Source: a virus. Taken from it: a stretch of 64,000 bases of DNA. The notes under the pieces are model-generated. The model worked only from the letters and a program-made list of their open reading frames with translations, had not been told where the DNA came from and ran no database searches. This document shows positions 9,992 to 20,209 of the stretch, one piece after another; position 1 is the first letter of the stretch, and each line of letters starts with the position of its first letter. The stretch covers positions 13,907 through 77,906 of IMG/VR virus record IMGVR_UViG_3300009008_000026; one strand, 5' to 3'. A program made the position numbers and the translations under genes.

Positions 9992-10862
9992 ACACGAACA
10001 GATAGTAGTAGGCTCAAGCCTCGAAGCACTCCTGTACGCTTTTAAGCACCAGTTGCCAGTTTTCTATACTGGATTTGACGTGCCATTTCGGTTTGATCAT
10101 CTGTTGCCGTCTTACGATTTGTCTTGTCTTGGATTAACTAACGAATCAACGGCGATAGCGACACACGATGAGTCTTTTGTGGTAGGTGCACCCCAGTCCC
10201 TTCTTTGGGATCGTCTATTGTTCATATTGTCTCTCGCAGGACTATCTCCTCTGAGTAATCTGTGCGAGAATATCAGGTGCGATGGCGACACTATCGTCTG
10301 TTCAAATGAATATTCTAAAATCGCAGAGATTCGATTTGGTAAGATGCATTATTTTGGTGATGACAATTGTACCGGCATAATAGAGAAAGTTGTTGCGGAG
10401 CGCCATTATATATGTTATGATTGGATAGCGTTCAATCGTGGAGGTAAGCATGAAATCGACTATATCGAAACAGAAGATGAATTTGTCAAGCAAATTTGGT
10501 TCTACTCATCAGATCGTATCGATGGTAAAACAGCCGTCAAAGATGCGTGCACGGTTTCACACTTATCGGAAACACAACTCAGGGAATTTGACTTCTCGGA
10601 GACGATGGCAAGATTTAAACTGATCAACGAAATGGAAACAAGGGGAATGAAGGGTCTTTTTAACGGATATTGCCCTAAATACGGTCATGCGAAGTACTAT
10701 AAATTTAGAACAAGTAATCTTGGCCGCAAGAGAATTGAGAAACCACAGAACACACTCCCATCCTCCCCTAAGATTACGATTGCGCAAGAAGACAAAGGAA
10801 CTCTTATTGAGAGCCTTCCAGAAAGTAGTCGAAACTATCAAAGAATAATAAGTTACCTATGA
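9945..10862 (+). CDS. hypothetical protein with degenerate Rossmann-like N-terminus
   Basis: IVVGSSLEALLYA resembles a dinucleotide-binding start lacking the full GxGxxG. Confidence 0.6.
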   Translation: MKKNQQPLPRAVAIREHEQIVVGSSLEALLYAFKHQLPVFYTGFDVPFRFDHLLPSYDLSCLGLTNESTAIATHDESFVVGAPQSLLWDRLLFILSLAGLSPLSNLCENIRCDGDTIVCSNEYSKIAEIRFGKMHYFGDDNCTGIIEKVVAERHYICYDWIAFNRGGKHEIDYIETEDEFVKQIWFYSSDRIDGKTAVKDACTVSHLSETQLREFDFSETMARFKLINEMETRGMKGLFNGYCPKYGHAKYYKFRTSNLGRKRIEKPQNTLPSSPKITIAQEDKGTLIESLPESSRNYQRIISYL

Positions 10863-11752
10863 CAGCACGCTCACATTTAGCCGGGATTATCCCCGTTGCC
10901 GGACTGAAGACAGATTACGACATAGCCACACCAGAGTACCTACTACCCGTTGATCCCGGATTCACCGCTATTCAGAAGGCGGTTTATGAGTGCGCACTAG
11001 CAGGTTGCCAGACGATCTGGATTGTTGCCAACGACGACACTGCACCAATAATCCGTACGATTATTGGTGAATGGATCTACGATCCTGTGTACTTTTCGAA
11101 CCCACATATAAGATTTTCCAGTGAACACCGGCGAGAGATTCCAATATATTATGCCCCCATTCATCCGAAGGATCGTGATCGCCGCGACAGCTATGGCTGG
11201 TCCATCCTGCACGGGATTAACAGTGCGTGGAGAACAGCTACTCGCATATCTAAATGGGTTGTGCCCGATAAGTATTACGTCTCTTTCCCCATGAATGCTC
11301 ATAATGTATATAACATCAGGCGCCAGCGTTTGAAGATCTCCGACACGACTAAGAACTGGTTCATGACGCACGAGGGGAAAACCGTAAAGGATAATATCCC
11401 GCTCCCATTTACTATGTTTGGGCAGGATTATATCCATTGCCGCCGGCATGTCAACAAACAGACAACGAGGCAGTTTCTCAACCCGCCCCCCGGCGAGATG
11501 CCTACCGAGAAGCTCCCTCTCCATGAGAGGTGGTCGGCCCGCCACTTTGATTTCGAAGAGATTTTCGATGCTGTTTGCACCACTGATGCTCACATGGAAA
11601 AAGCTGATTGGTTCTATGATATTACCAATTGGGAAGGCTATAAGAGTTTCCTTGGATCAGAGAATTTTATAAAAAAACCAATAAATGACTTGATTAAACC
11701 TCACGGACATGTTAAGTTACCATATAGAGAGGGAGAAATAAATGACGATTAA
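10859..11752 (+). CDS. NTP-transferase-like (sugar nucleotidyltransferase fold) protein
   Basis: AGIIPVAG...P.YLLPV...AGCQTIWIV; C-terminal WFYDIT. Confidence 0.6.
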   Translation: MTARSHLAGIIPVAGLKTDYDIATPEYLLPVDPGFTAIQKAVYECALAGCQTIWIVANDDTAPIIRTIIGEWIYDPVYFSNPHIRFSSEHRREIPIYYAPIHPKDRDRRDSYGWSILHGINSAWRTATRISKWVVPDKYYVSFPMNAHNVYNIRRQRLKISDTTKNWFMTHEGKTVKDNIPLPFTMFGQDYIHCRRHVNKQTTRQFLNPPPGEMPTEKLPLHERWSARHFDFEEIFDAVCTTDAHMEKADWFYDITNWEGYKSFLGSENFIKKPINDLIKPHGHVKLPYREGEINDD

Positions 11753-14700
11753 GTTCGTAGGGCTTCACGCCCATAGTGTAGCAGGTTCAATTTTTGATGC
11801 GATTGGGTACCCAGACGCCCACATGAATTATTGTTTTGAGAACGGTGGAGATGCGCTAGCACTCACGGATCACGGTAATATGAACGGACTAGCCGCTCAA
11901 GTACTGCATGCAAAGAAGATGCAGGCGGAAGGTAAGAACTTCAAGCCTATCTTTGGAGTTGAAGCATATTTCACCACATCGGTTAAGGAATGGAGAGAGG
12001 CTTATGACGAGGCTATGGCTGACAAGAAGAAAGCCCGGGCTACCAAAAAGACAGCCCAATCAGGTGCAACGACAGAGGATGAGGGAAACACAAAAGCTGC
12101 GCAGCCGATCCTTAAGCGCCGGCGCCACTTAATCCTCCTCGCACAGAATCAAACTGGACTGAACAACTTGTTCAAGCTAATCTCGAAGAGCTACACGGAA
12201 GAATACTTCTATAGATACCCACGAATGGACTACGGCCTCCTTAGAGAGCACTCGGAGGGCATTATCGCCGCGTCTGCATGCTTGGGAGGGGTGTATGCCG
12301 GCAACTACTGGGAGAACCGAGAGGAAGGTTCTGAAGCCGTCCTAGAAGCTATGCGCGAAACCACACGTGAAATGGTGTCAATCTTCGGTGATCGCTGGTA
12401 CGCAGAGTTACAATGGAATAACATCCCAGAACAGCACGAACTAAACAAATACATAATCCAGATCGCCAAAGAGTTTGATCTTAAGATGATCTCAACAGCG
12501 GACAGTCACTATCCAGACCCTGACGCATGGAAAGATCGTGAGATGTATAAGCGCTTAGGCTGGCTTGGTCGCGGAACTCCATCATGGGGAGAAGGATCAG
12601 AGTTGCCGTCAGGTGTGGAAGAGATCGGATACGAGCTTTATCCCAAGAATGGCGAGCAAATGTGGGAAAGCTACAAGAGCTATTGCAAATCAACAGGATT
12701 TGAATATGATGATGACTTGGTGATGGACAGCATTACCGAGACGTACGACATCGCACACAATCGCATTGAGGACTTCTTCCCTGACACAACCGTGCGCTTG
12801 CCCGATTTTGTTGTACCGGCTGATTCTACCGCCACACAGGCGCTAGTAAACTATGCTCTAGAGGGTTTGAGGCAGAGAAATCTACACAAGAACTCAGAAT
12901 ACATGGAGCGCCTCAAACACGAGCTTAATGTTATTGATGACCGTGGCTTCTCAAAGTACTTCCTAACGATGAAAGCAATCGCCGACGAAGCTACTACGCA
13001 GATGCTGGCAGGTCCCGGTCGCGGGTCAGCAGCCGGCTCACTAGTGGCTTACTCTCTGGGGATTACACAAGTTGATCCGATTAAACATGGGCTCCTGTTC
13101 TCACGTTTCTTGCGCTCGGATGCTACTGACTATCCTGATATTGATTATGATGTGTCTGATAGTATGGCACTTAAGGAGCGCCTTGTCGAGATGTGGGGTG
13201 AAGATACAGTCGCCCCCATTTCCAACTGGAACACTCTCCAATTGAAATCTCTTATCAAGGACATCTCAAAGCTCCACGGCATTCCTTTCACAGAGGTCAA
13301 CAGTGTTACTAGTACGATGATCCGCGAAGCGACACCAGCAGCGAAACAGAGACATGGCATTAAGGCAGGTGTTTACGTGCCGACTTGGGAAGAGGTAATA
13401 GAGTTTTCACCAACCCTACAATCGTTTCTCACAAGGCATCCCGAGGTGCATGCGCGTGTTGAGGGGCTTGTGGGACAAGTCCGGTCATGCTCGCGACATG
13501 CTGGTGGGGTGGTGGTCGCTGAGAACCTCGACCAGTACATGCCGCTAATCAACTCCGGCGGTGTACGACAATCTCCGTGGGCAGAAGGGCAGAACGTTCG
13601 ACACCTTGAGCCGATGGGCTTCATTAAGTTCGATTTGCTTGGGCTCTCTACTCTTAAGATGATGGAGGGTTGCATCGAACACATCTTGCGCCGCCATCAC
13701 GGGGTAGCTGAACCAACCTTTGAACAGGTTCGAGAGTATTACAACGAGAAGTTACACCCAGACACTATCAACATGAGCGATAGCGAGGTCTATGAAAACG
13801 TCTTCCACGCTGGGAGATGGGCAGGTATTTTCCAGTTCACAGAGCAGGGTGCACAGGGTTTCTGCAAGAAAGCAAAGCCCGAAAGCATAGTTGATATCTC
13901 AGCTGTAACCTCGATTTTCCGTCCAGGACCATTGTCCGCCGGCGTTGACACTGACTATGTGGAAGCGAAGACACACCCACAGTATGTGTCGTATTTGTCA
14001 GAAGACGCTCGCGAGATCACCGAAGAGACTTTCGGGTTCCTCATCTTTCAGGAGCAGATTGCTCTACTGGCTCATAAGCTTGGTGGGCTGACGCTTGATG
14101 AGGGCAACATGCTCCGCAAGGTGTTGACCAAGAAGGGAACTGGTAAGGGTGGTATTAAAACCAAGCTTAGAGTTAAGTTCGTTGACGGCTGCAAGGCAAA
14201 CGGTATCGACAGTGATGCTGCAAATAGCCTGTGGGATAAGTTCGAGTTCTTCTCCGGCTATGGCTTCAATAAATCACATGCCGTGTCCTACAGCATCATC
14301 TCGTTCCAGTGTGCTTGGCTGTGGAACTACTATCCCGCAGAGTGGATGGCAGCGTTCCTCGACAAAGAGCCGGAGAGTAGAAAAGAGAAGGCGATCAATA
14401 TTGCAAAGAAGTATGGATTCGATATCGCACCGTTGGATATCAACAAGTCCGGTACCGTGTGGGAGATTAGCGACGATGGGAAGACCCTCATTCAACCCTT
14501 GACCTCTATCAAGGGGCTCGGCATGAGCGCCATTGAGCAGATTCTAGACAACCGACCATTCACTAACGCAGAAGATCTGTTATTCCGCGAAGGAGTATCG
14601 TACAGCAAGTTCAACAAGAAAGCTCTCGATGCTCTCTGCAGAGGCGGAGCCCTAGACAACATTATCGATGATAGGTTTACGGGACGCAAGCACTTCTGGT

Positions 14701-15152
14701 CTGCATGTGTGGTCGAGAGGCCAAAGAATTTAAAGAAGCTAGCCGAGAATATGGAAACGTATAAGCCAGAAGGCGACTTCTCTGAAGAAGAGGTGATCCA
14801 GTTCAAGACAGACCTGACTGGTATCTTCCCAATCAACCTTGTGATCAACTTAGAGACGATTGAGAAGCTGAAAGAGAAGTTTGTCCCACCAATCTCGGAG
14901 TTCGATGAGGAGTTGCAGTTGTGCTGGTTCATCCCCCGCAAAGTAACCGAGAGAAAGACGAAGAACGGAAAGCTCTATTGGGTCTTGGAAGTCATTGATA
15001 GCAATAACGAACTCACCCGGATTAGGTGCTGGGGTGTCAAGCCGCACGACTCGGTACAGGTTAACCGACCCTACATGAGCCGGCTGAACTACGATCCAGA
15101 TTGGGGCTTCTCAACGAGATCTATTCGACATAACTTTAGGTTGTTGGGGTAA
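11742..15152 (+). CDS. dnaE: DNA polymerase III alpha subunit (family C)
   Basis: PHP motifs LHAHS, ALTDHG, GVEAY; GRGSAAGS, PDIDYD, HAGGVV, KFDLLGL, FQEQ, YGFNKSHA. Confidence 0.96.
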   Translation: MTIKFVGLHAHSVAGSIFDAIGYPDAHMNYCFENGGDALALTDHGNMNGLAAQVLHAKKMQAEGKNFKPIFGVEAYFTTSVKEWREAYDEAMADKKKARATKKTAQSGATTEDEGNTKAAQPILKRRRHLILLAQNQTGLNNLFKLISKSYTEEYFYRYPRMDYGLLREHSEGIIAASACLGGVYAGNYWENREEGSEAVLEAMRETTREMVSIFGDRWYAELQWNNIPEQHELNKYIIQIAKEFDLKMISTADSHYPDPDAWKDREMYKRLGWLGRGTPSWGEGSELPSGVEEIGYELYPKNGEQMWESYKSYCKSTGFEYDDDLVMDSITETYDIAHNRIEDFFPDTTVRLPDFVVPADSTATQALVNYALEGLRQRNLHKNSEYMERLKHELNVIDDRGFSKYFLTMKAIADEATTQMLAGPGRGSAAGSLVAYSLGITQVDPIKHGLLFSRFLRSDATDYPDIDYDVSDSMALKERLVEMWGEDTVAPISNWNTLQLKSLIKDISKLHGIPFTEVNSVTSTMIREATPAAKQRHGIKAGVYVPTWEEVIEFSPTLQSFLTRHPEVHARVEGLVGQVRSCSRHAGGVVVAENLDQYMPLINSGGVRQSPWAEGQNVRHLEPMGFIKFDLLGLSTLKMMEGCIEHILRRHHGVAEPTFEQVREYYNEKLHPDTINMSDSEVYENVFHAGRWAGIFQFTEQGAQGFCKKAKPESIVDISAVTSIFRPGPLSAGVDTDYVEAKTHPQYVSYLSEDAREITEETFGFLIFQEQIALLAHKLGGLTLDEGNMLRKVLTKKGTGKGGIKTKLRVKFVDGCKANGIDSDAANSLWDKFEFFSGYGFNKSHAVSYSIISFQCAWLWNYYPAEWMAAFLDKEPESRKEKAINIAKKYGFDIAPLDINKSGTVWEISDDGKTLIQPLTSIKGLGMSAIEQILDNRPFTNAEDLLFREGVSYSKFNKKALDALCRGGALDNIIDDRFTGRKHFWSACVVERPKNLKKLAENMETYKPEGDFSEEEVIQFKTDLTGIFPINLVINLETIEKLKEKFVPPISEFDEELQLCWFIPRKVTERKTKNGKLYWVLEVIDSNNELTRIRCWGVKPHDSVQVNRPYMSRLNYDPDWGFSTRSIRHNFRLLG

Positions 15153-15154
15153 AT

Positions 15155-15667
15155 ATGAGAGAGATAAAACTATGGAAGAACAGAAATGAGCTTTCAGATA
15201 AAGTTGCCATTGTTGATGACGAAGATTATAATAGGGTTATGGAAGCTATTAGTTCGCGATCCAAGTGGTATGTTCACTCACCACCACCCAGCAAAAAATA
15301 TTATGCCTTTGACGGCAGCCACCGACTTTCAATTCACAGAGTAGTGATGAGTGCCCCGAAAGGCTTCGATGTGGATCACGTCAACGGAGACCCTTTAGAC
15401 AACAGAAAAGAGAATCTACGGATTTGTACTCGTTCTCAAAATTGTCAAAATAAGTCAGTAAGAGCCGATAGCAAATCAGGATTTAAGGGGGTCGACCAGC
15501 GAGCGACCCGATTCCGAGCTTACATAGGGGATCCCAATCGAAAAAACCGCCATATAAACTTAGGCTCCTACTCCACCCCCGAAGAAGCAGCGAGAGCATA
15601 CGACAAAAAAGCAACAGAACTCCACGGGGAGTTCGCAACGCTAAACTTCCCAAAGGTTAACACATGA
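15155..15667 (+). CDS. HNH endonuclease with AP2 DNA-binding domain (free-standing homing endonuclease-like)
   Basis: HRVVM...VDHVNGDPLDNRKENLR; SGFKGV...LGSYSTPEEAARAYD. Confidence 0.9.
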   Translation: MREIKLWKNRNELSDKVAIVDDEDYNRVMEAISSRSKWYVHSPPPSKKYYAFDGSHRLSIHRVVMSAPKGFDVDHVNGDPLDNRKENLRICTRSQNCQNKSVRADSKSGFKGVDQRATRFRAYIGDPNRKNRHINLGSYSTPEEAARAYDKKATELHGEFATLNFPKVNT

Positions 15668-16269
15668 ACATTATAAAAACATTCAGCCCATTATTAAAAG
15701 AGCCTGAACTCAAAGACGGATTGCCAACAGTAATCAGAGTGAACAAGTTCACAGAGGCATCCGCGAAAGCCTTCACAGAAAACATGTCGAAGGCACAGAA
15801 CACAGGACAAACTGTAATCCCTGTGGTTATCGATAGCTACGGTGGCTCAGTGTATGCCCTCATGACAATGATTTCAGCAATCAAGCACTCGAAGATTCCA
15901 GTAGCGACCATCGTCGAGGGCAAGGCTATGTCCTGTGGGGCAATCTTGTTCAGCTTTGGCGCTCAAGGTAAGCGGTTCATGGACCCAGATGCCACAGTGA
16001 TGATTCACGATGTCAGCAGTATGAGCTTTGGAAAGGCAGAAGAGATCAAGGCTTCCGCCGAAGAGACTGAGAGACTAAACCAGAAGATCTATCACATGAT
16101 GGCGACCAATTGTGGGCAGGATGCAGATTACTTTCTTGACATTGTGCACGAGAGGGGTCATGCCGATTGGTTCTTAGATGCGAAAGAGTCTAAGAAACAC
16201 GGACTAGCCAACCACATACGAGTGCCTACTTTCAAGATCTCTACTACAGTAAAGTTTGAGTTCAAGTGA
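15664..16269 (+). CDS. clpP: ClpP-family protease, paralog 1
   Basis: IDSYGGSV, GKAMSCG (catalytic Ser), VMIHD. Confidence 0.85.
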   Translation: MNIIKTFSPLLKEPELKDGLPTVIRVNKFTEASAKAFTENMSKAQNTGQTVIPVVIDSYGGSVYALMTMISAIKHSKIPVATIVEGKAMSCGAILFSFGAQGKRFMDPDATVMIHDVSSMSFGKAEEIKASAEETERLNQKIYHMMATNCGQDADYFLDIVHERGHADWFLDAKESKKHGLANHIRVPTFKISTTVKFEFK

Positions 16270-16303
16270 TGCCTTCGACTACTTATAGGCGGAGGTCCTT
16301 GAT

Positions 16304-16939
16304 GTGTCGACTATTGAGTTAAGATGGCGAAAAGTTGTCAACGAACTAAAATATTTATACAAGGAGTTAGAGCTATCAAAAGAGATAGGAAAGGAATCAG
16401 CTCAGTCGTTTCAGGAGTACTATGAGCAATTCTGCGCCTCCAACGAGATTGACCCTCACGACCTGTATGACAGGAACCAAGAAAGAGTTGACAATTTATA
16501 CACACCACCTCCGTTAGAAGAGCTAATAGAAGAGAACGAAGAACAGACACCAGAAGAAAAAGAAGAAGATGACGTTCACAAATCATTCTACAGGGTATAC
16601 CGTAAGCTAGCGTTTCACCTTCACCCAGATCGTCAACCAGCTGATATAACAACAGAAGAAAAGGAAGAGATGAGCCGGATGTTCAGAGAGGCTAAGGATG
16701 CGCTAGACAATAAGCACTACTTTATCCTGCTTGACTTGGCGGAGCAGTTCGGAATCGAATCACCCACCAACTATAAAGAGCAGATTCGATGGATGAGGAA
16801 GGAAGTAAAAGCAGTTGATCAAAAGATCGCCGATGAAAAAGGGACTTATAACTATCTTTTCGGTGAGACTGAGACTGACGAAGAGCGTGATAAGCTGATT
16901 AAGACGTTTTTAAAGCAAGTTTATGATTTTTCTTCTTGA
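16304..16939 (+). CDS. J-domain (DnaJ-like) protein
   Basis: YRKLAFHLHPDR...EMSRMF; preceded by ACTACTTAT (16278) and GGAGG. Confidence 0.75.
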   Translation: MSTIELRWRKVVNELKYLYKELELSKEIGKESAQSFQEYYEQFCASNEIDPHDLYDRNQERVDNLYTPPPLEELIEENEEQTPEEKEEDDVHKSFYRVYRKLAFHLHPDRQPADITTEEKEEMSRMFREAKDALDNKHYFILLDLAEQFGIESPTNYKEQIRWMRKEVKAVDQKIADEKGTYNYLFGETETDEERDKLIKTFLKQVYDFSS

Positions 16940-16964
16940 CAGCCCCTCCCCACTATGCTATATT
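16936..16964 (+). promoter_or_regulatory. sigma70-type promoter
   Basis: TTGACA-17 bp-TATATT with TG extension. Confidence 0.65.
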
Positions 16965-16994
16965 AAAAGAGTAAGTAAACCACAGGAGGTACAA

Positions 16995-17240
16995 TTGGCA
17001 AGCTCACACACTGAAAAGCAAAGATACGTTAAGGAATACATTAGGTCGCTAGCAGCGATTGAAGAGGCTATGGAGCCATACAAGGAACAGCGCAGAGAAC
17101 TGCGATCTGAGTATCGCGAAAACAGCTGGCTCGACACAGATGAGATTCGAGCAGCGGTAAAGGCTTACCGTTTGTTTAAGGGGAAGTTTAATATTGATGA
17201 GGTCGTAGAAAACTTTGAACTACTCAGCGGGGGAGAATAA
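16995..17240 (+). CDS. small helical DNA-binding-like protein (GapR/DsbA-like)
   Basis: AGGAGG then TTG 16995; YIRSLAAIEE...RRELRSEY...IRAAVK pattern. Confidence 0.5.
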   Translation: MASSHTEKQRYVKEYIRSLAAIEEAMEPYKEQRRELRSEYRENSWLDTDEIRAAVKAYRLFKGKFNIDEVVENFELLSGGE

Positions 17241-17308
17241 TAATGCAGACACTTAATGCACAACTACTATCATTTGCGCCGATGGAGCGCTAGGGAGCAC
17301 CGACTAAC

Positions 17309-18718
17309 ATGGCAGCTAGACAACAACACGGATTTGACAACGAGAAAAACGTCATCTCCAGTAATGATCTTGTTGACGTTGGCGAGATAGAGGGTTATAC
17401 TTCAAAATGGGACGCAAGGGCTCCAAAAGCTAACATACTAGAATTAAACAAGATTGTAGAAAATGTGCCGACACAGATTAAAACAATAAGATACGGAGGA
17501 AGTGTGGATATGGGTGATGTGTTTCGGCATGCTGAGAACACAGAAAATTTCATCCTTCAAGTAGATTTCTATACAGGACCCAAGAAGGATCTAAATATTG
17601 TTGAGAGCCACAAGGTTTATGTTGACGCAGACAAGTGGGCTGAATTGTTTGAGTTTGAAGATTATGGTTTCTTGAAAGAATGCTTAAAAGAAATCACAAA
17701 CGAATATTCCGATGATAGTAAGTGGAAAGGAATGATGGCTGAAATGCACAATCGCTGGGGTAAAGACCGTCGCGTAATTCACTTGGCGCCCAAGAGAGAT
17801 CACAAGAAGCAAAAGAGGATTCAGTGCACGATCCCTAACGTTAAATTTTATGAAAAGTTCTTGCCACTATTCAACCGAGTAGAATATGTCAAAAAATCCC
17901 TAGATCAGTTTTACACGAAGCCTGCAATCGTAGAGAGTGTGCTTAAGATGGTCGATTTATCAAAGTATGATTTGATTGTCGAACCCTCGGCAGGTGCCGG
18001 AGATTTTTTGAAGAGACTGCCGCTAGATAAAAGTATCGGACTCGACATAGAGCCAGCCACAAGTGGAATACTGAGAAAAGATTTTTTTGATTTCGCGCCC
18101 GAGAGAGTGAAAAATACACTCACAATTGGAAACCCACCATTTGGCAAAAACTCAAGCACAGCAATAAAATTTTTTAATCATGCGGCTCAGTTTTCAGATT
18201 GTATCGCATTTATTGTGCCCAGAACTTTTAGAAAACCATCGGTCATTAATCGCTTGAATGAGAATTTTCACATTGTAAAGCAAAAGATCTTGCCGAGTGA
18301 TTCGTTCTATACTCCGGAGGGTGAATCCCGCGCCGTCCCAACGGTATTTCAGATTTGGGAGCGCCAAGAAGCCCCGAGGACAAAAATTAAAACCTTTACT
18401 ACCCACCCGGATTTTGATTTTGTGCGTATCCAGAACAACCCAACAAGACAACAGAAGGAGCTTCAGTGTAGAAATTCAGACTTCTGTGTACGCCGGGTTG
18501 GTGGAAGCGCCGGCAAAATATATAAAGATTATGATATTATATATAGAGACTGGAAAAGCCACTATTATATCAAGCAAAAAACAGAAGGGGTTGAAAGAAT
18601 TATGTCGCTCATTAGGTGGGATGACAGAGAGAGTCCCAAATTTGACACTGCTGGAAACCCAAGCATATCAAAACACGAATTAATTAAACTTTATAAGGAA
18701 ACTAAGAAAAAACTATGA
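17309..18718 (+). CDS. fusion of a putative restriction-endonuclease-like domain and an N6-adenine DNA methyltransferase
   Basis: C-half DQFYT, EPSAGAGDF, GNPPFG; N-half HGFDNE...WDA...QIKT PD-(D/E)xK-like. Confidence 0.72.
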   Translation: MAARQQHGFDNEKNVISSNDLVDVGEIEGYTSKWDARAPKANILELNKIVENVPTQIKTIRYGGSVDMGDVFRHAENTENFILQVDFYTGPKKDLNIVESHKVYVDADKWAELFEFEDYGFLKECLKEITNEYSDDSKWKGMMAEMHNRWGKDRRVIHLAPKRDHKKQKRIQCTIPNVKFYEKFLPLFNRVEYVKKSLDQFYTKPAIVESVLKMVDLSKYDLIVEPSAGAGDFLKRLPLDKSIGLDIEPATSGILRKDFFDFAPERVKNTLTIGNPPFGKNSSTAIKFFNHAAQFSDCIAFIVPRTFRKPSVINRLNENFHIVKQKILPSDSFYTPEGESRAVPTVFQIWERQEAPRTKIKTFTTHPDFDFVRIQNNPTRQQKELQCRNSDFCVRRVGGSAGKIYKDYDIIYRDWKSHYYIKQKTEGVERIMSLIRWDDRESPKFDTAGNPSISKHELIKLYKETKKKL

Positions 18719-19206
18719 ATAAAGCAACGCAAAGGACAATGTTTAGCTCTGCCACTGGCAAATGGGCGACACCCCAAGAATTTTTCGACAAACTAAATTG
18801 GAGATTTGGTCCCTTTAGTCTTGATCCGTGCGCGTCAGAAGAAAACACAAAGTGTACAAAGTTCTTCACAGAAGCAGACGACGGGCTTACCAAGGATTGG
18901 ACAGGGCACACAGCCTTTGTTAATCCCCCATACGGACGCGGTATCGATCAGTGGATTCAGAAGGCTTATGAATCAGCCGAAGCTGACGAGAACACCAAGG
19001 TCGTTATGTTGATTCCGGCACGAACCGATACCAAGTATTGGCATGATTATGTGATGAAAGCAGAGTATATCTACTTTATCAAGGGGCGCCTTAAGTTTGG
19101 CGATAGCAAGAACTGTGCGCCATTCCCATCTGCCGTGGTGGTATTCCGCAAGCACCCCACGTGGGCAGCGGGTGCATTGCCGTCGATGGGGGTATTAACA
19201 CGATGA
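18715..19206 (+). CDS. phage DNA N6-adenine methyltransferase (Dam-type)
   Basis: WATPQEFF, LDPCA, DGL..W, NPPYG, LIPARTDT, GRLKF. Confidence 0.9.
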   Translation: MNKATQRTMFSSATGKWATPQEFFDKLNWRFGPFSLDPCASEENTKCTKFFTEADDGLTKDWTGHTAFVNPPYGRGIDQWIQKAYESAEADENTKVVMLIPARTDTKYWHDYVMKAEYIYFIKGRLKFGDSKNCAPFPSAVVVFRKHPTWAAGALPSMGVLTR

Positions 19207-19451
19207 ACCGAAAACAACGGCGCGCCGCCGAGAAGAAAGAGAAAAGTCAATCTCCAGAGGAAAAAGCGCTTGCCCAGAAATTTTTCCTTTTTGACCAGTT
19301 GCCGGACGAATGCAACACTTGCGATACTCCGTTTGATAAGAAAAGCAAGACTCAAGCGCTCAATTGGCAGGTCGTTGTGCATACCGAGCAAGAGAAAGTT
19401 AGACTCTTTTGTCCCACGTGCATCACAAGCGCAAAGAAGGCAGAGGAATGA
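19203..19451 (+). CDS. zinc-ribbon protein
   Basis: CNTC...CPTC; MNRKQRR start. Confidence 0.65.
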   Translation: MNRKQRRAAEKKEKSQSPEEKALAQKFFLFDQLPDECNTCDTPFDKKSKTQALNWQVVVHTEQEKVRLFCPTCITSAKKAEE

Positions 19452-19834
19452 AATCCGACCCAAAAGCTGTCATAAGGCTCTCGACTTCCGGATTCAAACA
19501 AATCTTGGACGGAGACACCCCCGAACCAATCACGAGCATTATAAAGGTATACTCGAATGACTGCCATTTGTGTCACAACCTTAAAGAATACTATGAGGAC
19601 CTCGCAAAGACGTACAACGGCGAACAGGGCATACACTTTTTTGCCTTTAATATTAACGACTCCCCCCGCATTAAGAAAGAGCTAGGGCTCAATGGCGTAC
19701 CGACAATCCTAAAAGTATTACCTAGCACCAACAGCAAGCCAACAGTTGCCTCACTTGAGGACCCAGATAACCCCAACAAGCACACATGGTTCCGTGTGGG
19801 CGATATAAGAGACTTTATAGAAAAGGAGAGATAA
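19448..19834 (+). CDS. thioredoxin-like protein
   Basis: CHLC, GVPTI. Confidence 0.75.
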   Translation: MKSDPKAVIRLSTSGFKQILDGDTPEPITSIIKVYSNDCHLCHNLKEYYEDLAKTYNGEQGIHFFAFNINDSPRIKKELGLNGVPTILKVLPSTNSKPTVASLEDPDNPNKHTWFRVGDIRDFIEKER

Positions 19835-19837
19835 GAA

Positions 19838-20209
19838 ATGATAAAGAACAAAAGAGCATACGAAGCGATAATCTTGCGATTGCAAGCAGAAGGCACAGCA
19901 GCCCTCGCCAACATTGAGTGCCAGTTCCGATCTGTGGACCCTGATATGGACGAGATAGTTCGACTGTCGGAGACCCTCACTAAGTGCGAAAACGCAATCA
20001 CCATGCTCCAAGGATATATTGGACCAAAGATAAATCCTCCTGCCATACCGGCTCGACCTGCGCCTGTAGTACAGTCGCCCCAAGCACCAACACGCACAGA
20101 ACCATTGGTCGTAACACCGGAGATGTCGGCAACAATGCGGCGCAACGAAGCCAAAGAAAAAATCAAGAAGACAGCATCAAAAGCAAAAACAAAGAAGGCA
20201 AAGAAATGA
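19838..20209 (+). CDS. hypothetical protein
   Basis: RBS AAGGAG; Pro-rich middle and Lys-rich tail. Confidence 0.65.
   Translation: MIKNKRAYEAIILRLQAEGTAALANIECQFRSVDPDMDEIVRLSETLTKCENAITMLQGYIGPKINPPAIPARPAPVVQSPQAPTRTEPLVVTPEMSATMRRNEAKEKIKKTASKAKTKKAKK

Noticed and set aside
5388-15152. Inteins or introns in the helicase, RNR or DnaE
   Set aside because: Lengths are normal, reading frames are continuous, and no splice-junction or LAGLIDADG motifs were seen.
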